A stretch of DNA of 64,000 nucleotides, taken from contig NC_068988.1 in assembly GCF_001194135.2 (NCBI RefSeq), forward strand, positions 48,016,919-48,080,918, read 5' to 3'. The position numbers were made by a program, and so were the translations under genes. Each line of letters begins with the position of its first letter. Position 1 is the stretch's first letter. Positions 23,885-36,329 of this stretch are shown piece by piece. This DNA comes from Octopus bimaculoides. Taxonomy: Eukaryota. The notes under the pieces are model-generated. The model worked only from the letters and a program-made list of their open reading frames with translations, ran no database searches and was not told where the DNA came from.

Positions 23885-24250
23885 TTATTTCCTATATTTT
23901 ACTTGTTTCAGTCATTTGATTGCAGCCATACTGGAGTACCACCTTTAGTCAAAGAAACCTAGTATTTATTCTATCAGTCTCTTTTTGCTGAACCACTAAG
24001 TTATAGGGACGTAAACACACCAAAATCGGTTGTCAAGTGATGGTCAGGGGACAAACACAGACACACAAAAATATACACATATATACATATATACAACAGG
24101 ATTCTTTCAGTTTCTGCCTACCAAATTCACTCACAAAGCGCTGGTCAGCCCAAGGCTATAGCAGAAAACACTTGCCCAAGGTGCCACTCAGTGGGACTTA
24201 ACCCAGAATCATGAGGTTGGGAAGCAAGCTTCTTACCACACAGCCATGCC
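23885..24250 (-). mobile_element. SINE family A, full length
   Basis: Reverse complement of the 6459 consensus from tail to head. Confidence 0.9.
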
Positions 24251-24824
24251 TGTTGCTAAAGTAACAATGCTATGTATTAATTAATGAATTTACATAATAT
24301 TGTATTATTTAACCATTGTGTCTTTAGGTTTGTTCAAACAGAAACAAAAATCCATAAAAGAAACGTGCCAACCAATTCAAATTATCTATATAACTTACCA
24401 CGCCTAAGCTGTTGTCTTGCAGGATTAACTATCTACATGTTTCAGACATGTCATCTCCAGGTAAATATCAACCTTTACATAAAATAATAAATACTAAAAT
24501 CACTGTAGACATTTCACCACCACCACCACTGTACCAGTTGATCAATATACATTAGTCCTAAACAGATTAATCCTCAGAAATAATTATAATTCTCTTCTCC
24601 ATTGAAATACATATCCAGCAAACCAAAGGCGTTAGCAATGTACCAGTCCAGAGTTACTATTAGATCTATGCATCCATCATTAAAATAGACAATCTCATTC
24701 ACAAGAATAAAACTGAACCAAACAAATAACTGAGTTTCTCGTTTTTTGGGGGGTTTTTTCGGACTCTTTGTAACATTTACTTGTTGCTGAAATTGATTTT
24801 GAACTTGCGTGTTAGTGGTGTTGA

Positions 24825-27540
24825 TGCTAGTAGTAGTAGTAGTAGTAGTAGTGGTAGTGGTGGTGGTGGTGGTGNNNNNNNNNNNNNNNNNNNNNNNNNN
24901 NNNNNNNNNNNNNNNNNNNNNNNNNNNNNNNNNNNNNNNNNNNNNNNNNNNNNNNNNNNNNNNNNNNNNNNNNNNNNNNNNNNNNNNNNNNNNNNNNNNN
25001 NNNNNNNNNNNNNNNNNNNNNNNNNNNNNNNNNNNNNNNNNNNNNNNNNNNNNNNNNNNNNNNNNNNNNNNNNNNNNNNNNNNNNNNNNNNNNNNNNNNN
25101 NNNNNNNNNNNNNNNNNNNNNNNNNNNNNNNNNNNNNNNNNNNNNNNNNNNNNNNNNNNNNNNNNNNNNNNNNNNNNNNNNNNNNNNNNNNNNNNNNNNN
25201 NNNNNNNNNNNNNNNNNNNNNNNNNNNNNNNNNNNNNNNNNNNNNNNNNNNNNNNNNNNNNNNNNNNNNNNNNNNNNNNNNNNNNNNNNNNNNNNNNNNN
25301 NNNNNNNNNNNNNNNNNNNNNNNNNNNNNNNNNNNNNNNNNNNNNNNNNNNNNNNNNNNNNNNNNNNNNNNNNNNNNNNNNNNNNNNNNNNNNNNNNNNN
25401 NNNNNNNNNNNNNNNNNNNNNNNNNNNNNNNNNNNNNNNNNNNNNNNNNNNNNNNNNNNNNNNNNNNNNNNNNNNNNNNNNNNNNNNNNNNGTAGTGGGG
25501 TGGTGGTGGTGGTGGTGATGGTTGTGGTAGTGATGGTGGTGGTGGTGGTGGTGGTGTTCGTGGTCGTGGTCGTGGTCGTGGTCGGGGTGGTTGTGGTCGT
25601 GGTGGTCATGGTTATGGTGGTCATGGTCGTGATGATGATGATGATGATGATGATGTTGATGACGGTGACGATGATGATGATGATGGGCAGTGTGAACATA
25701 GAACAGGCAGAAAATTTTGGCCAGATATGGCCACTTTAAATGCTAATGGACTAATATGTTTTATGTGGAAATGTCACTGAAGCCAATCAGATAAAGTCTT
25801 TAACTTTTATTAAATAGCAGGTGGGATAATGTCATTCCATAAAAATAGCACATAACCTGTGAGGTAAACCCATTGCATGTGTTTACATAGCCAGTGGGGT
25901 AACAACTTTTACATAAGGATGTCACACAGACAGAAGGATGAGAGAACCTAACAAACCAATAAGATAACAAACCTACATAAACCAATAAGATAACAGCTTT
26001 ACATGAAAATATCACATAGATCATGAGAGAATATCTCTACATATACTGCATATCAGATGAGATACTTTCTTTACATGACAATGTCACATACATTACATAG
26101 GATAATAACTCTTACCTATGTGACATAACAGATGGGATAACATCTTTACAGACATATGACATAGAAATTGTATAAGATCTGGAACATAGTGAAAGCGCAA
26201 CCATTTACGTCCTCAGTATTTCCTATCATCATTACTACCATTATCAACGTCACCTTGACCATTATCATCATTACCACCACCACCACCACCACCACCACCA
26301 CCACNNNNNNNNNNNNNNNNNNNNNNNNNNNNNNNNNNNNNNNNNNNNNNNNNNNNNNNNNNNNNNNNNNNNNNNNNNNNNNNNNNNNNNNNNNNNNNNN
26401 NNNNNNNNNNNNNNNNNNNNNNNNNNNNNNNNNNNNNNNNNNNNNNNNNNNNNNNNNNNNNNNNNNNNNNNNNNNNNNNNNNNNNNNNNNNNNNNNNNNN
26501 NNNNNNNNNNNNNNNNNNNNNNNNNNNNNNNNNNNNNNNNNNNNNNNNNNNNNNNNNNNNNNNNNNNNNNNNNNNNNNNNNNNNNNNNNNNNNNNNNNNN
26601 NNNNNNNNNNNNNNNNNNNNNNNNNNNNNNNNNNNNNNNNNNNNNNNNNNNNNNNNNNNNNNNNNNNNNNNNNNNNNNNNNNNNNNNNNNNNNNNNNNNN
26701 NNNNNNNNNNNNNNNNNNNNNNNNNNNNNNNNNNNNNNNNNNNNNNNNNNNNNNNNNNNNNNNNNNNNNNNNNNNNNNNNNNNNNNNNNNNNNNNNNNNN
26801 NNNNNNNNNNNNNNNNNNNNNNNNNNNNNNNNNNNNNNNNNNNNNNNNNNNNNNNNNNNNNNNNNNNNNNNNNNNNNNNNNNNNNNNNNNNNNNNNNNNN
26901 NNNNNNNNNNNNNNNNNNNNNNNNNNNNNNNNNNNNNNNNNNNNNNNNNNNNNNNNNNNNNNNNNNNNNNNNNNNNNNNNNNNNNGGGGGGGGGGCAATG
27001 GCAGCAACAGTGGTGATGGTGGCACTGGTAATTGTATTGGTGATGGTGGTAGTGGTGGTGTTGGTGTTGGAAATGGTAGCAGTAGTAATATTGGTAGTAA
27101 TTGTGGGAGACGATGGTCCTAGTGATATGGATTGTGGTAACTGTAATAGTGGTGGTGGTGGTGGTGGTGGTTGTGATGATGGTAGTGGTACTCTGTATGC
27201 AGTGATAATAATGGTACTGGTGTATGGAGATGATTATGAGGATGATGGTATAGTTAGATTGTGGTTGTGGTGGTGGTGGTGGTGGTGGTGGTGGTAGTGG
27301 TAGTGGTGGTGCTAGTATTGAGGTTGGTGGCATTATTGCTTGTGGTGGTGATGGTGGTGGTGGTGGAGGGGGCTCTAATGATGGAGGAGTGAAGGTCAAG
27401 GTTGATTGCAGCCATGACTGTGGTAGTAGCAGTTGTCATGGTAGTGGTTGTGGTGGTGTTGACAATGATGATGATAATAGAGATTGCAGCGATGATGAAG
27501 AGAGTAAAATCCAAAGTTGTAATAGCGGGTGGTGCTGCCA
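24825..27540. repeat. Trinucleotide-repeat block (GGT/GTA/GAT, CAC/CAT) with two large N-gaps
   Basis: Direct reading; gaps at about 24875-25490 and 26305-26985. Confidence 0.9.
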
Positions 27541-27989
27541 ATAAATACAGTTAGTGGTGTAATGCTACTGGTGAACAGGACAGGTAAATATTGACCAGAG
27601 AATGTAAGCAGATTCCTGTGGGATGGTAGTATCAGGGACAGAAATTCATACTGACAGCTGAGAGATTATGGTTAATTTGAAAATTTCTCTCCCTTGCCCT
27701 TTTTGAGTTTAATTTTCATTAACACTAATTAACATTTCCTCTCATTACAATTATAATTTCAGTTGATTAAAGTTTACTTTTGGTTCAACACCTGATGAGT
27801 GCAAGCTTGCATTTAACGATAAGTTTAATGCAAAGAAGGTATTCTTGAGGAATGTTCCGATATAGAACTCCCCTTTTCATTACTACCATCATCTTCATCT
27901 ATTATAATTTTTCAGTTCCACCAATTCCTTTGCTACCTGCCTCATCATCATTATCACTACATACCAAAAGTGATGAGCTGGCAGAATCG

Positions 27990-29010
27990 TTAGATATACC
28001 CTCCATGGTACAGTAAGCCAACCTGACCAGTTATGCTGACAACACAAAAGTATTGCAGGCAGTTAGGAACCCAGAGGACATCATAAAACTGCAGAAAGAC
28101 CTGAACGAAATCTACAAATAGGCTAACAAAAATAATATACAGTTCAATGCTATGAAATTTCAGGTACTCCACTATTGGTCCAACACCAAGCTAAAATCGA
28201 AATACACTGGACCAGAAGGTAATATCATCCCAGAGTCAGGGTCAGTGCATGACCTGGGGGTTCACATGAGCAATGATGCAACATTCCATATGCATATTAC
28301 CAAGATGGCGACACTGTGCAGGTGAGTGGCTGGTTGGATTCTGAAGACATTCAGAACCAAGAAAAGGGAAGACCTGCTACTCCTATGGAAGACTTTCGAT
28401 CTCAGCCACTTGGACTACTGCTCTCAACTATGGTCCCCAGAGAGTGTGAAACAAACTGTGGGATTTGAAGCAATCCAGCACCAATACACAAAGAAGATTG
28501 ACTCAATGCAAAAGATGGGCTACTGGGAGAGGCTAAAGGAGCTGAGTCTCTATTTCCTGGAGAGAAGATGGGAGAGATATACGGTGATATATATATTTGG
28601 AAGGTATTGGAGGGCTTAGCTCTCAATTTCAAAATTGACAGCTATACCAGTCCTCGAACTGGACAGCACTGCATCATACCAAAGATCCTGTCTTCCTTAT
28701 CTAAAATAAGGACACAGTACTGCAATAGTCTGCAATTGTCTGCAATAGTCTGCAATTGTTCAACATCCTTCCAGGCAACCTTAGAGATCTACATGGTGTT
28801 GATGTGGAAGTTTTGAAGGAACATCTGGACAGGTTTCTATCAGAGATACCAGATGAATCTACATCACAGCAGGAAACACAAAGAAGAGCAGCTTCGACCA
28901 ACTTGTTACTTCACCAAAAACAATATCAGAAACAACACTAAATAACTACAGGTGGTCCACCAGCACGACCTCAGCCCTGGGCTGAAACCAGTAAAAGATA
29001 AAAGATAGAA
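27990..29010 (+). mobile_element. 5'-truncated CR1/L2-group LINE: RT C-terminal half and 3' tail
   Basis: Translates SYADNTKV..LQKDLNEIY..FNAMKFQVLHY..DLGVHMS..LDYCSQLWSP..YWERLKELSLY.LERR..RY..WKVLEGL..FNILPGNLRDL..LDRFLSEIPDE, with several stops and frameshifts; tandem TAAAAGA tail. Confidence 0.92.
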
Positions 29011-29023
29011 GAGATATATACAT

Positions 29024-29068
<45 letters not shown>

Positions 29069-29637
29069 NNNNNNNNNNNNNNNNNNNNNNNNNNNNNNNN
29101 NNNNNNNNNNNNNNNNNNNNNNNNNNNNNNNNNNNNNNNNNNNNNNNNNNNNNNNNNNNNNNNNNNNNNNNNNNNNNNNNNNNNNNNNNNACACACACAC
29201 TTGCATATCATAATAGTTGTACTGCACCTAAGCACTGTATGCAACAATTTCTGTCATTATTATCATATATTAACTGACAGCTCAAGCTGACTATGCAAGT
29301 GCACCGCACTGTGTTTTCAGTGTAAAATGTCAGAATTTACCTACTCTTTTCACGACACCAACTTTAAGAAATCAGCTAGTGAATGTGATGTAGACATCAT
29401 TATCGACAATAATCTTTGTTGGATGAACCACATTTCTAAATTTATCAAAAGTTGAAGAAATTTTATTATCACTCCATAAGCTCTTTATCAGCTGCTCACA
29501 CACTTATCTGGTTATGCTACATCTGCACTTGTTGTTTGCATATCCAGTTGAGAAACCTCAACTTATTCAGAATGTCAATTCACAAAAAGCTGTCTAGTGA
29601 TGTGCAGCCAGACAAATACCATCTCTCAGTCACTTAC

Positions 29638-29722
29638 CATATCTTGATATCTTGAACATCTTGCTTCTCAGGGTATATAAATACATTGAAGTTTTGATGT
29701 TTAGTGACTGACTTGGTAGAAT
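29638..29722 (-). CDS. Candidate exon (D)STKSVTKHQNFNVFIYPEKQDVQDIKI, unidentified
   Basis: Donor gtaagt, acceptor tcttgtaag with an in-frame stop immediately upstream; phase 1 start fits 32621-32659. Confidence 0.3.
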
Positions 29723-30177
29723 CTTACAAGATAATCCACCATATTTCCCAACAACATTTCTGCTAACCTTCAAATTCAACATCTCTACCCTGTGTGGACA
29801 AGCTTATAAAATCAAAGAATAGCACAACACATTTTTTTTATGCTCAGAATTTTGAAAGCATAAAATAAACTACTGACATCAGTTGATAGCTATCAGGACA
29901 TTGCATCTCTATCGACTGTGCGATGTACAAAAGGAGCCATTCCTTGTCACCTCTCCTGATCGCATGGTCTCCTGATCGCAAGATCCAATACTCTGCCATT
30001 GAACATTTTGTCAAATTTTGTGCATACCAATTTACATTTCTTGCAATTATTTCTCTATTTGACTCGTCACATTGTTGTACCATATCTTGTTGGTTGCGAT
30101 CAGATGCCATCTTTGCTTTTTCTTGTGCCTGCTCCAATTATTCTGTTTTCACACTGCCATACTCAAGGGGAAGCCCT

Positions 30178-30594
30178 TGTAGCAGCACAAGCAGTCAGTG
30201 CCATATTGGGTGCCATTGCCATCTCCGAGACTGGAGTGCCATTGCCATCTCCGAGACTGGAGTGAGACCTCACCTGCATCCATTTGCCATGCGTCAGCTC
30301 ACAATGAGGCTCGTGATAGCAAACTATATAAAAGGAAGAAACCTTGAAGACCGTTCTCTTTTTCCCACGACCACTTGCAGAGCACACTTCACTGGCTGGG
30401 CCTCTAGGCTAATCCACTTGTTGTCTCTCCTGTGGCAATGGGCCTGCATAAAGGAGCACAACGAATTCATATCGCATGAGATTAGCTGCTGAGAGCAACA
30501 TACCACACCTTTGTATATATTGTAAATAAAACTAATGGAGAACCTGTGTTTTGCCTAAGACTTCTTTCCTCGACTGCTGGAGACTAAAGCAACA
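30178..30594 (+). mobile_element. Probable solo LTR
   Basis: TGT...ACA ends, TATA-like ctatataaaagg, aataaa near the 3' end, raised GC, and an internal 26-bp tandem duplication (gtgccattgccatctccgagactgga). No TSD found. Confidence 0.45.
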
Positions 30595-30704
30595 TGAAGA
30601 ACAAGAAATTAATGGGAGAAAGGCGATATTCAACCGATATCGAGAACCTTGCTTCCCATTATACATCCTTCAATAATTCCATGCGTCTTGAAATTCACCA
30701 ACAT

Positions 30705-30917
30705 TTTTTTATTTGTTTCAGTCATTTGACTGTTGCTATGCTGGAGCACCACCTTTTGTCAAACAAATCGACCCCAGAACTTATTCTTTGTAAGCATAGT
30801 ATTTATTCTATCAATCTGTTTTGCCAAACCACTAAGCTATGGGGATCTAAACACATCAACATCAGTTGTCCAGCGATGGTGGGGGTACAAATACAGACAC
30901 ACAAGTACACACACACA

Positions 30918-30965
<48 letters not shown>

Positions 30966-31120
30966 TATATACGATAGGCTTCTTTCAGTTTCCATCTACC
31001 AAATCCACTCACAAAGCTTTGGTCAGCCCGAAGCTATAGGAGAAGAAAGTTGCCAAAGGTACCACACAGTCATACTGAACCGGGAACTATGTGGTTGGGA
31101 AGCAAGTTTCTTATCACAGA
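30705..31120 (-). mobile_element. SINE family A, full length with internal (CA)n
   Basis: Reverse complement of the consensus. Confidence 0.9.
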
Positions 31121-31364
31121 GCCACTCCAGTGACTATTTGCTCATTGCAGCCCTTTCCATTTATGAATCTTTTACTTATCCCTTGTCTGACTTTTTGTCT
31201 TTTTTCTGTACATTGGGCATACAGTTATGTTTATCATAGCTCTCTTCTTTTATTTGACTAATTGCTGCTTTCAGTTCAACTTTGTTGCCTTTTCCAGTCT
31301 GTTTTTGAGCTTTTGAGCACCATATGCAATAAGCTCATTATTATTATTCATAAGTGTGAAGGAG

Positions 31365-31545
31365 TAGTAAGCAGGCAGAATCATTAGCATAACAGACAAA
31401 ATATTTAGTGGCAATGGCAATACTTCTGGTTTTACATTCTGAATTCAAATTCTACCAAGGTCAATTTTGCTTTCCTCCTTCCAAGGTCAATAAAATAAGA
31501 AGCACTTGAACACTGGGGACCAATGTAATTGAGCTGCTAAACACT
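31365..31545 (+). mobile_element. SINE family B, 3' end rearranged
   Basis: gcaggcagaatcattagc...tctgaattcaaattctaccaaggtcaattttgc. Confidence 0.75.
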
Positions 31546-31560
31546 GGGACCAATGTAACT

Positions 31561-31828
31561 GAAATGCTGCTAAAGATTTTTTCCAGCATGGTAATTATTC
31601 TGCCAGTTTGCCACCCTACAGTAGTTATATATTGACAGCAAATCACATCATACATAGCTCAGAATTGGGCCTCTCGACCTGTGAGGCCCCTGGGCCACTC
31701 TCCAGTGAGCCAATGCTTTGAGATGGCACCAACTGCCAGAGTGATTCATCACCGACATTACATTAAGAATACAATTTCCTATGAAATACTTAGTCTCTCT
31801 AAACTCTAACACACTATGTAAATAGTCC
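31561..31828 (+). repeat. Local direct duplication, copy 1 (partner 34758-35023)
   Basis: About 270 bp aligned by eye at roughly 90 percent identity. Confidence 0.9.
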
Positions 31829-32620
31829 CAGACAACAAGTTTCAAACCAGGTGCTTATAGTTGAATGAACTATTATTCATAGGCTGTCAACATGAACCCT
31901 AATTCCCCAAGAAATTTGACTTGAATTTCCTTAAAAAATATATGCCCTGACTCCAGTATTCAATATTTCCTGTTTACAGGCAATAACAGAAAGGCAGAAA
32001 GATTTGTCAGAAATTCTGCGCAGCAGCACAGTGAATCAACTTCAAAAGAATGTATACACATACACACACAGCAGACATACACACACACATATGTACATAT
32101 ATTTATATACAGTGCTCGTGCACACACACACATATTTATATATGTTCATACACACACTTAATTTCTTTGTTTGTAATTCATTCTCATGCATAGATATAAC
32201 GGGCATCTATATATAAACAATGAACAAACCAGTTCCTTCTAAGCTGTGCACATGTACATATATATGTTTTGCAGCTAGTAGACAAAATAGATTAATTTGA
32301 GCAAAAGAAATTAATTCGTGCATGAAAGGTTTGTTGCTTAAAATAATAGAGTAATAAATGATAATATTTATATATATTCAGTGCCCACATACTTTTGACA
32401 CAGGGAAAAAAATTGCACAACATTAGACTTTTTGCACGCATTGACTACTAAAATTTAGAGAAAACATTCCCTCACTTAAAACACACACTGTCTTTTCTTT
32501 TGTATTAAAATGCATAGATAAAAAGGAGAGTTTAGTCAGAGTTATTATAAATGCAGTAAAATATATACTGAAGAAATTTATCAAACCAAATCAGAATAAA
32601 AATAAAAATTCAAAACTTAC

Positions 32621-32659
32621 CTTTGAACTTTAATTGTACGGGGTATGAAAATGCACCTA
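32621..32659 (-). CDS. Candidate 39-nt exon GAFSYPVQLKFK, unidentified
   Basis: Acceptor tgttgactttacag and donor AAG|gtaagt, both strong; symmetric length. Confidence 0.35.
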
Positions 32660-33399
32660 CTGTAAAGTCAACAGTATGGAAAACACATGATGTTTTTACA
32701 TAAAAAATGTATGTTATACATAAATAAATATGATGATGTATATCTGTAGGTATATCGTATATTTATGTTTTGGCATACATAAAAATAACTCTCACTTAGA
32801 ATGTGTTTGCTGAAATTGTTTTGTTTCTCATGTGCCTGTGTATGTGTATATACATATATATAAACACACACACCCACTTTCAAACAATGTCTTTCCTATA
32901 TCTATGTATCTATCAATAGATTATCACTCCTTCCTGTTTCTATCTCCCTCTTTATATATGTATCCTGCTCACCTTTAGGAGACACACAACCATTCCAAAA
33001 TAGCAGATACCAAGAGGAAAATCTAAAAACAGAATAATTTTCATATCAACTGAATACGCATACACACATATACACAAACATATACATACACCCCACCACA
33101 TGCACACTCACATAAGGTAGATAGACAAATAGATAAATAGATATTTGTATGCTGGCATATATGCATGTGTACATATAAATATGAAATCACACATTGTTAT
33201 TACTGCTATTATCATTATTTTCTAAAAGTAAGAAGAGTAGAACATAAAATTATTGTTTCCAACTCTGAATGTTTTACTAAAATCCCATACTAAACAATAA
33301 ACATTATTATTGTTTGTAATAAAATAGAAATAAAATATTTAAAAGTAAGGAAAATTATTTCAAAAAAAAAAAAAAAAATTACAATAAAANNNNNNNNNN

Positions 33400-33413
33400 A
33401 TAATGATAATGAA

Positions 33414-33445
<32 letters not shown>

Positions 33446-33540
33446 CATTAATAACAACAACAACAATGACAACGACGACGATGAGGATGATGATGACGAC
33501 AACGACAATGATGATGATGATGTTATAATAATAATGATGA
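33400..33540. repeat. (GAT/AAC/GAC)n tract
   Basis: Direct reading. Confidence 0.9.
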
Positions 33541-34377
33541 AAATAAATTTTATTGAACATTGCATAAAAATATTTTTCTCGACAAAATTTTCAATTCTCC
33601 ACAAAGAAACTAATTCACATACTTATTAGTAAAATCATTAGGATAAAATAAAATATACTCTCCTCCCTACACCCATCCATCTATCCAATCCACAGAATAT
33701 ATCATAATAGCTAAATGAAATAAAAATAAAATAACAAAATTAAAATAGGGGAAAAAGAAAGAATGCATATAGAACCATAGCAACAGCAATAACAATGTCA
33801 ACATCAATGTTAAGATAATTTTTATTTTAATGAAACATAGGTATAATACAAAGAAACTGAAAATAGAAAATTTACTGTTTCTCTTCAAATATATTCAATG
33901 TTTAAAAACACAGACACATATACACACACACGCAAAGAAAAAAAAATGAAGTAATTTTCCATTTGTAATTTATTTCCAAATATATTTACAACTTATGATT
34001 GGCTGTAATTTTTTTTTTTATGAAGTTCTGTGTATGTATGTGCATGCATATGCATGTGTATTGTTATTGTGTTATATATATATGCTAAGTGGTGAAATGT
34101 TCAACGTGGTTAGCAAATTTGCTCCTTAGTTACAAGGTTCTGGATTCAATCCAGTTATGTGCCACTGTGTACGTGTGCCTTTCTTCTGCCTTATCTTCAG
34201 GTCGACAATAGCCTAGTGAGGCAACTTTTGGGGCTGGAAACTGTGTGAAAGCTTGTCGGTAGAATTAAGCCTGTAATAGAAACAATGGAGGTTGTCAGAA
34301 ATCATCATCAGAGCCATCTTAGCAGCATTATAGGCCCCTAAGAAAAATCCCTGCTCTGGGCCCTGTACTATTTATAT

Positions 34378-34812
34378 ATTGATTTCAAATTTCGGCACAA
34401 GGTCAGCAACTTTATTGGAGGGGTAAGTCCATTGCATTGACCCCCAGTGCTCAGTTGATACTAATTTCATTGATCCCTGAAAAGGATGAAAAGCAAAGTC
34501 GACCCTGGCAACATTTGAACTCAAAATATACAATCAGAAGAAATAGAAATGCTGCGAGGTAACAATTCTGCCATTTTGCCACCCTACAGTATTGAAATAT
34601 TGATTTCAAATTTTGGCACAAGGCCAGCAACTTCATTGGAATGGTAAGTCAATTACATCGATCCCAGAGTTCAACTGGTACTTATTTTATTGATTCCAAA
34701 ATGATGAATGGTTAAGTTGATCCTGGAAACATTTGAACTCAGAATGTAAAGTCGGAAGAAATGCTGCTAAAGTTTTTTTCCAGCATGATAATTATTCTGC
34801 CAGTTTGCCACC
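34378..34812 (-). mobile_element. Tandem dimer of SINE family B
   Basis: Two units, each starting atattgatttcaaattt(c/t)ggcacaagg and ending ttctgcca..ttgccaccctacagta. Confidence 0.8.
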
Positions 34813-35023
34813 CTACAGTAGTTATATATTGACAGCAAATCATATCATACATAGCTCAAAATTGGGCTTCTAGACCTGTGAGGCCCCTGGGCCACTCTCC
34901 AGTGAGCAATGCTTTGAGATGGCACCAACTGCCATAGTGATTCATCAACAACATTACATTAAGAATACAATTCCCTATGAAATACCAGTCTCTCTAAAGT
35001 CTAACACTGTATGTAAATAGTCC
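34758..35023 (+). repeat. Local direct duplication, copy 2 (partner 31561-31828)
   Basis: See copy 1. Confidence 0.9.
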
Positions 35024-35230
35024 TGTTGAGAAAACAGCCAGAATACGCATTTGTTGAGAATGATGTGGGATTGTTCTTAGTATCAGAAGATAATATAAAC
35101 TAACTGACACAAACATTAGACATTTAAGATGCCATTTATATATCATACTTAATGTAAATGCATTGCGATAGGAAAATTTATGGCAGCATTTGTCCAGAGA
35201 TAAAATTTGTTCTGGACGTGCTGTATTTAA

Positions 35231-35452
35231 CCCTTTAGCCTTTAAACTGGCCAGATGTGGCCAGTTTATTTTATCGGTTTTAAGTTCAGACTGGCCAGAT
35301 CCCACCTCTTGTATCTAGCCTATAATATCAAGCCAAAAAAAAACCAACCACATCATTGATATCCCAAAGCTACAAAGTAATGTCTAATTACTTCAAAACA
35401 ATGTAAATAAAAATGCTTTATATTTGACAGAGTAAATATGAATGCTGAAGGG
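35231..35452. mobile_element. piggyBac-like MITE (same family as 9666-9886)
   Basis: ttaa-ccctttagcc ... aatgctgaaggg-tcaa. Confidence 0.75.
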
Positions 35453-35478
35453 TCAAAAACACAATGTATATATATGTA

Positions 35479-35524
<46 letters not shown>

Positions 35525-35968
35525 TTTAAACAGAGTGTGTCCATAAGAGATGTTATCTTTGGATAAATACTACAGTAAACTTGCCTATCATGATGGACTT
35601 ATATTAAGCATGATATATAAATAGCTAATAGGATATTATAATTATAAGATCTTGTGATTATAGAATTATTGTCATTTCAATAATTTATCTACTTATCTGT
35701 CTATCAATATATCTGTTTTTCTATTTAACTAGTTATATATATATATGGGTCTCTTGGGCAATGTGTCTATCTACATGCGTGTGTATGTGTGAGTGTATAT
35801 ACATATATATCCATTTAGACTAAACATATCATATATGCAAGGGACCACGGGCTTAACTATTCATTTCATATGTGCGCACAAATACAGACAAAATGATATA
35901 CACATCATACAATAGGTACTATTTAACCTATACACAAATGAAAACCTTGCATATTTAGCTAAACCTTG

Positions 35969-36036
<68 letters not shown>

Positions 36037-36329
36037 ATACACATGCATACATACATTCAAACACCAGTAATATGTGGTGCTTACTCTTCCTCTTACTTCC
36101 CCTCGCAACCAGTTTCTTTCTCTTCCATCCTTTCCAACTTCTGCTCATTCGCTTTTGCTATTTCTAACTACTTATTTTGACAGAGATCAATATTGTGTTC
36201 CTAATTCTTGTTATTCTATTCTACCCAGCTCCCAAACACCCTGTTCCTGGTTGGAATGAGTCTCACTTCATTTACAACACCAATAGCAATGAGAATGTCA
36301 CCTATGACATCCCTATTTGGTGACAAGAT

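Noticed and set aside
24393-24470. Exon candidates on both strands (minus donor gtaagt, plus donor gtaaat)
   Set aside because: Minus frames hit stops within about 35 nt and lack a good acceptor; plus and minus readings conflict
27786-27835. Hammerhead candidate CTGATGA-gtgcaagcttgcat
   Set aside because: Core start and stem II are present, but there is no GAAA and no stem I partner; too degraded to call
29844-30137. Gypsy integrase C-terminal remnant next to the LTR-like segment
   Set aside because: Only a vague resemblance, with no diagnostic motif such as GPY/F or the DDE residues
29638-32659. Assigning the candidate exons to a cadherin or protocadherin
   Set aside because: Only a loose beta-strand pattern; no DxD, LDRE or DxNDN motifs, so no gene symbol is given
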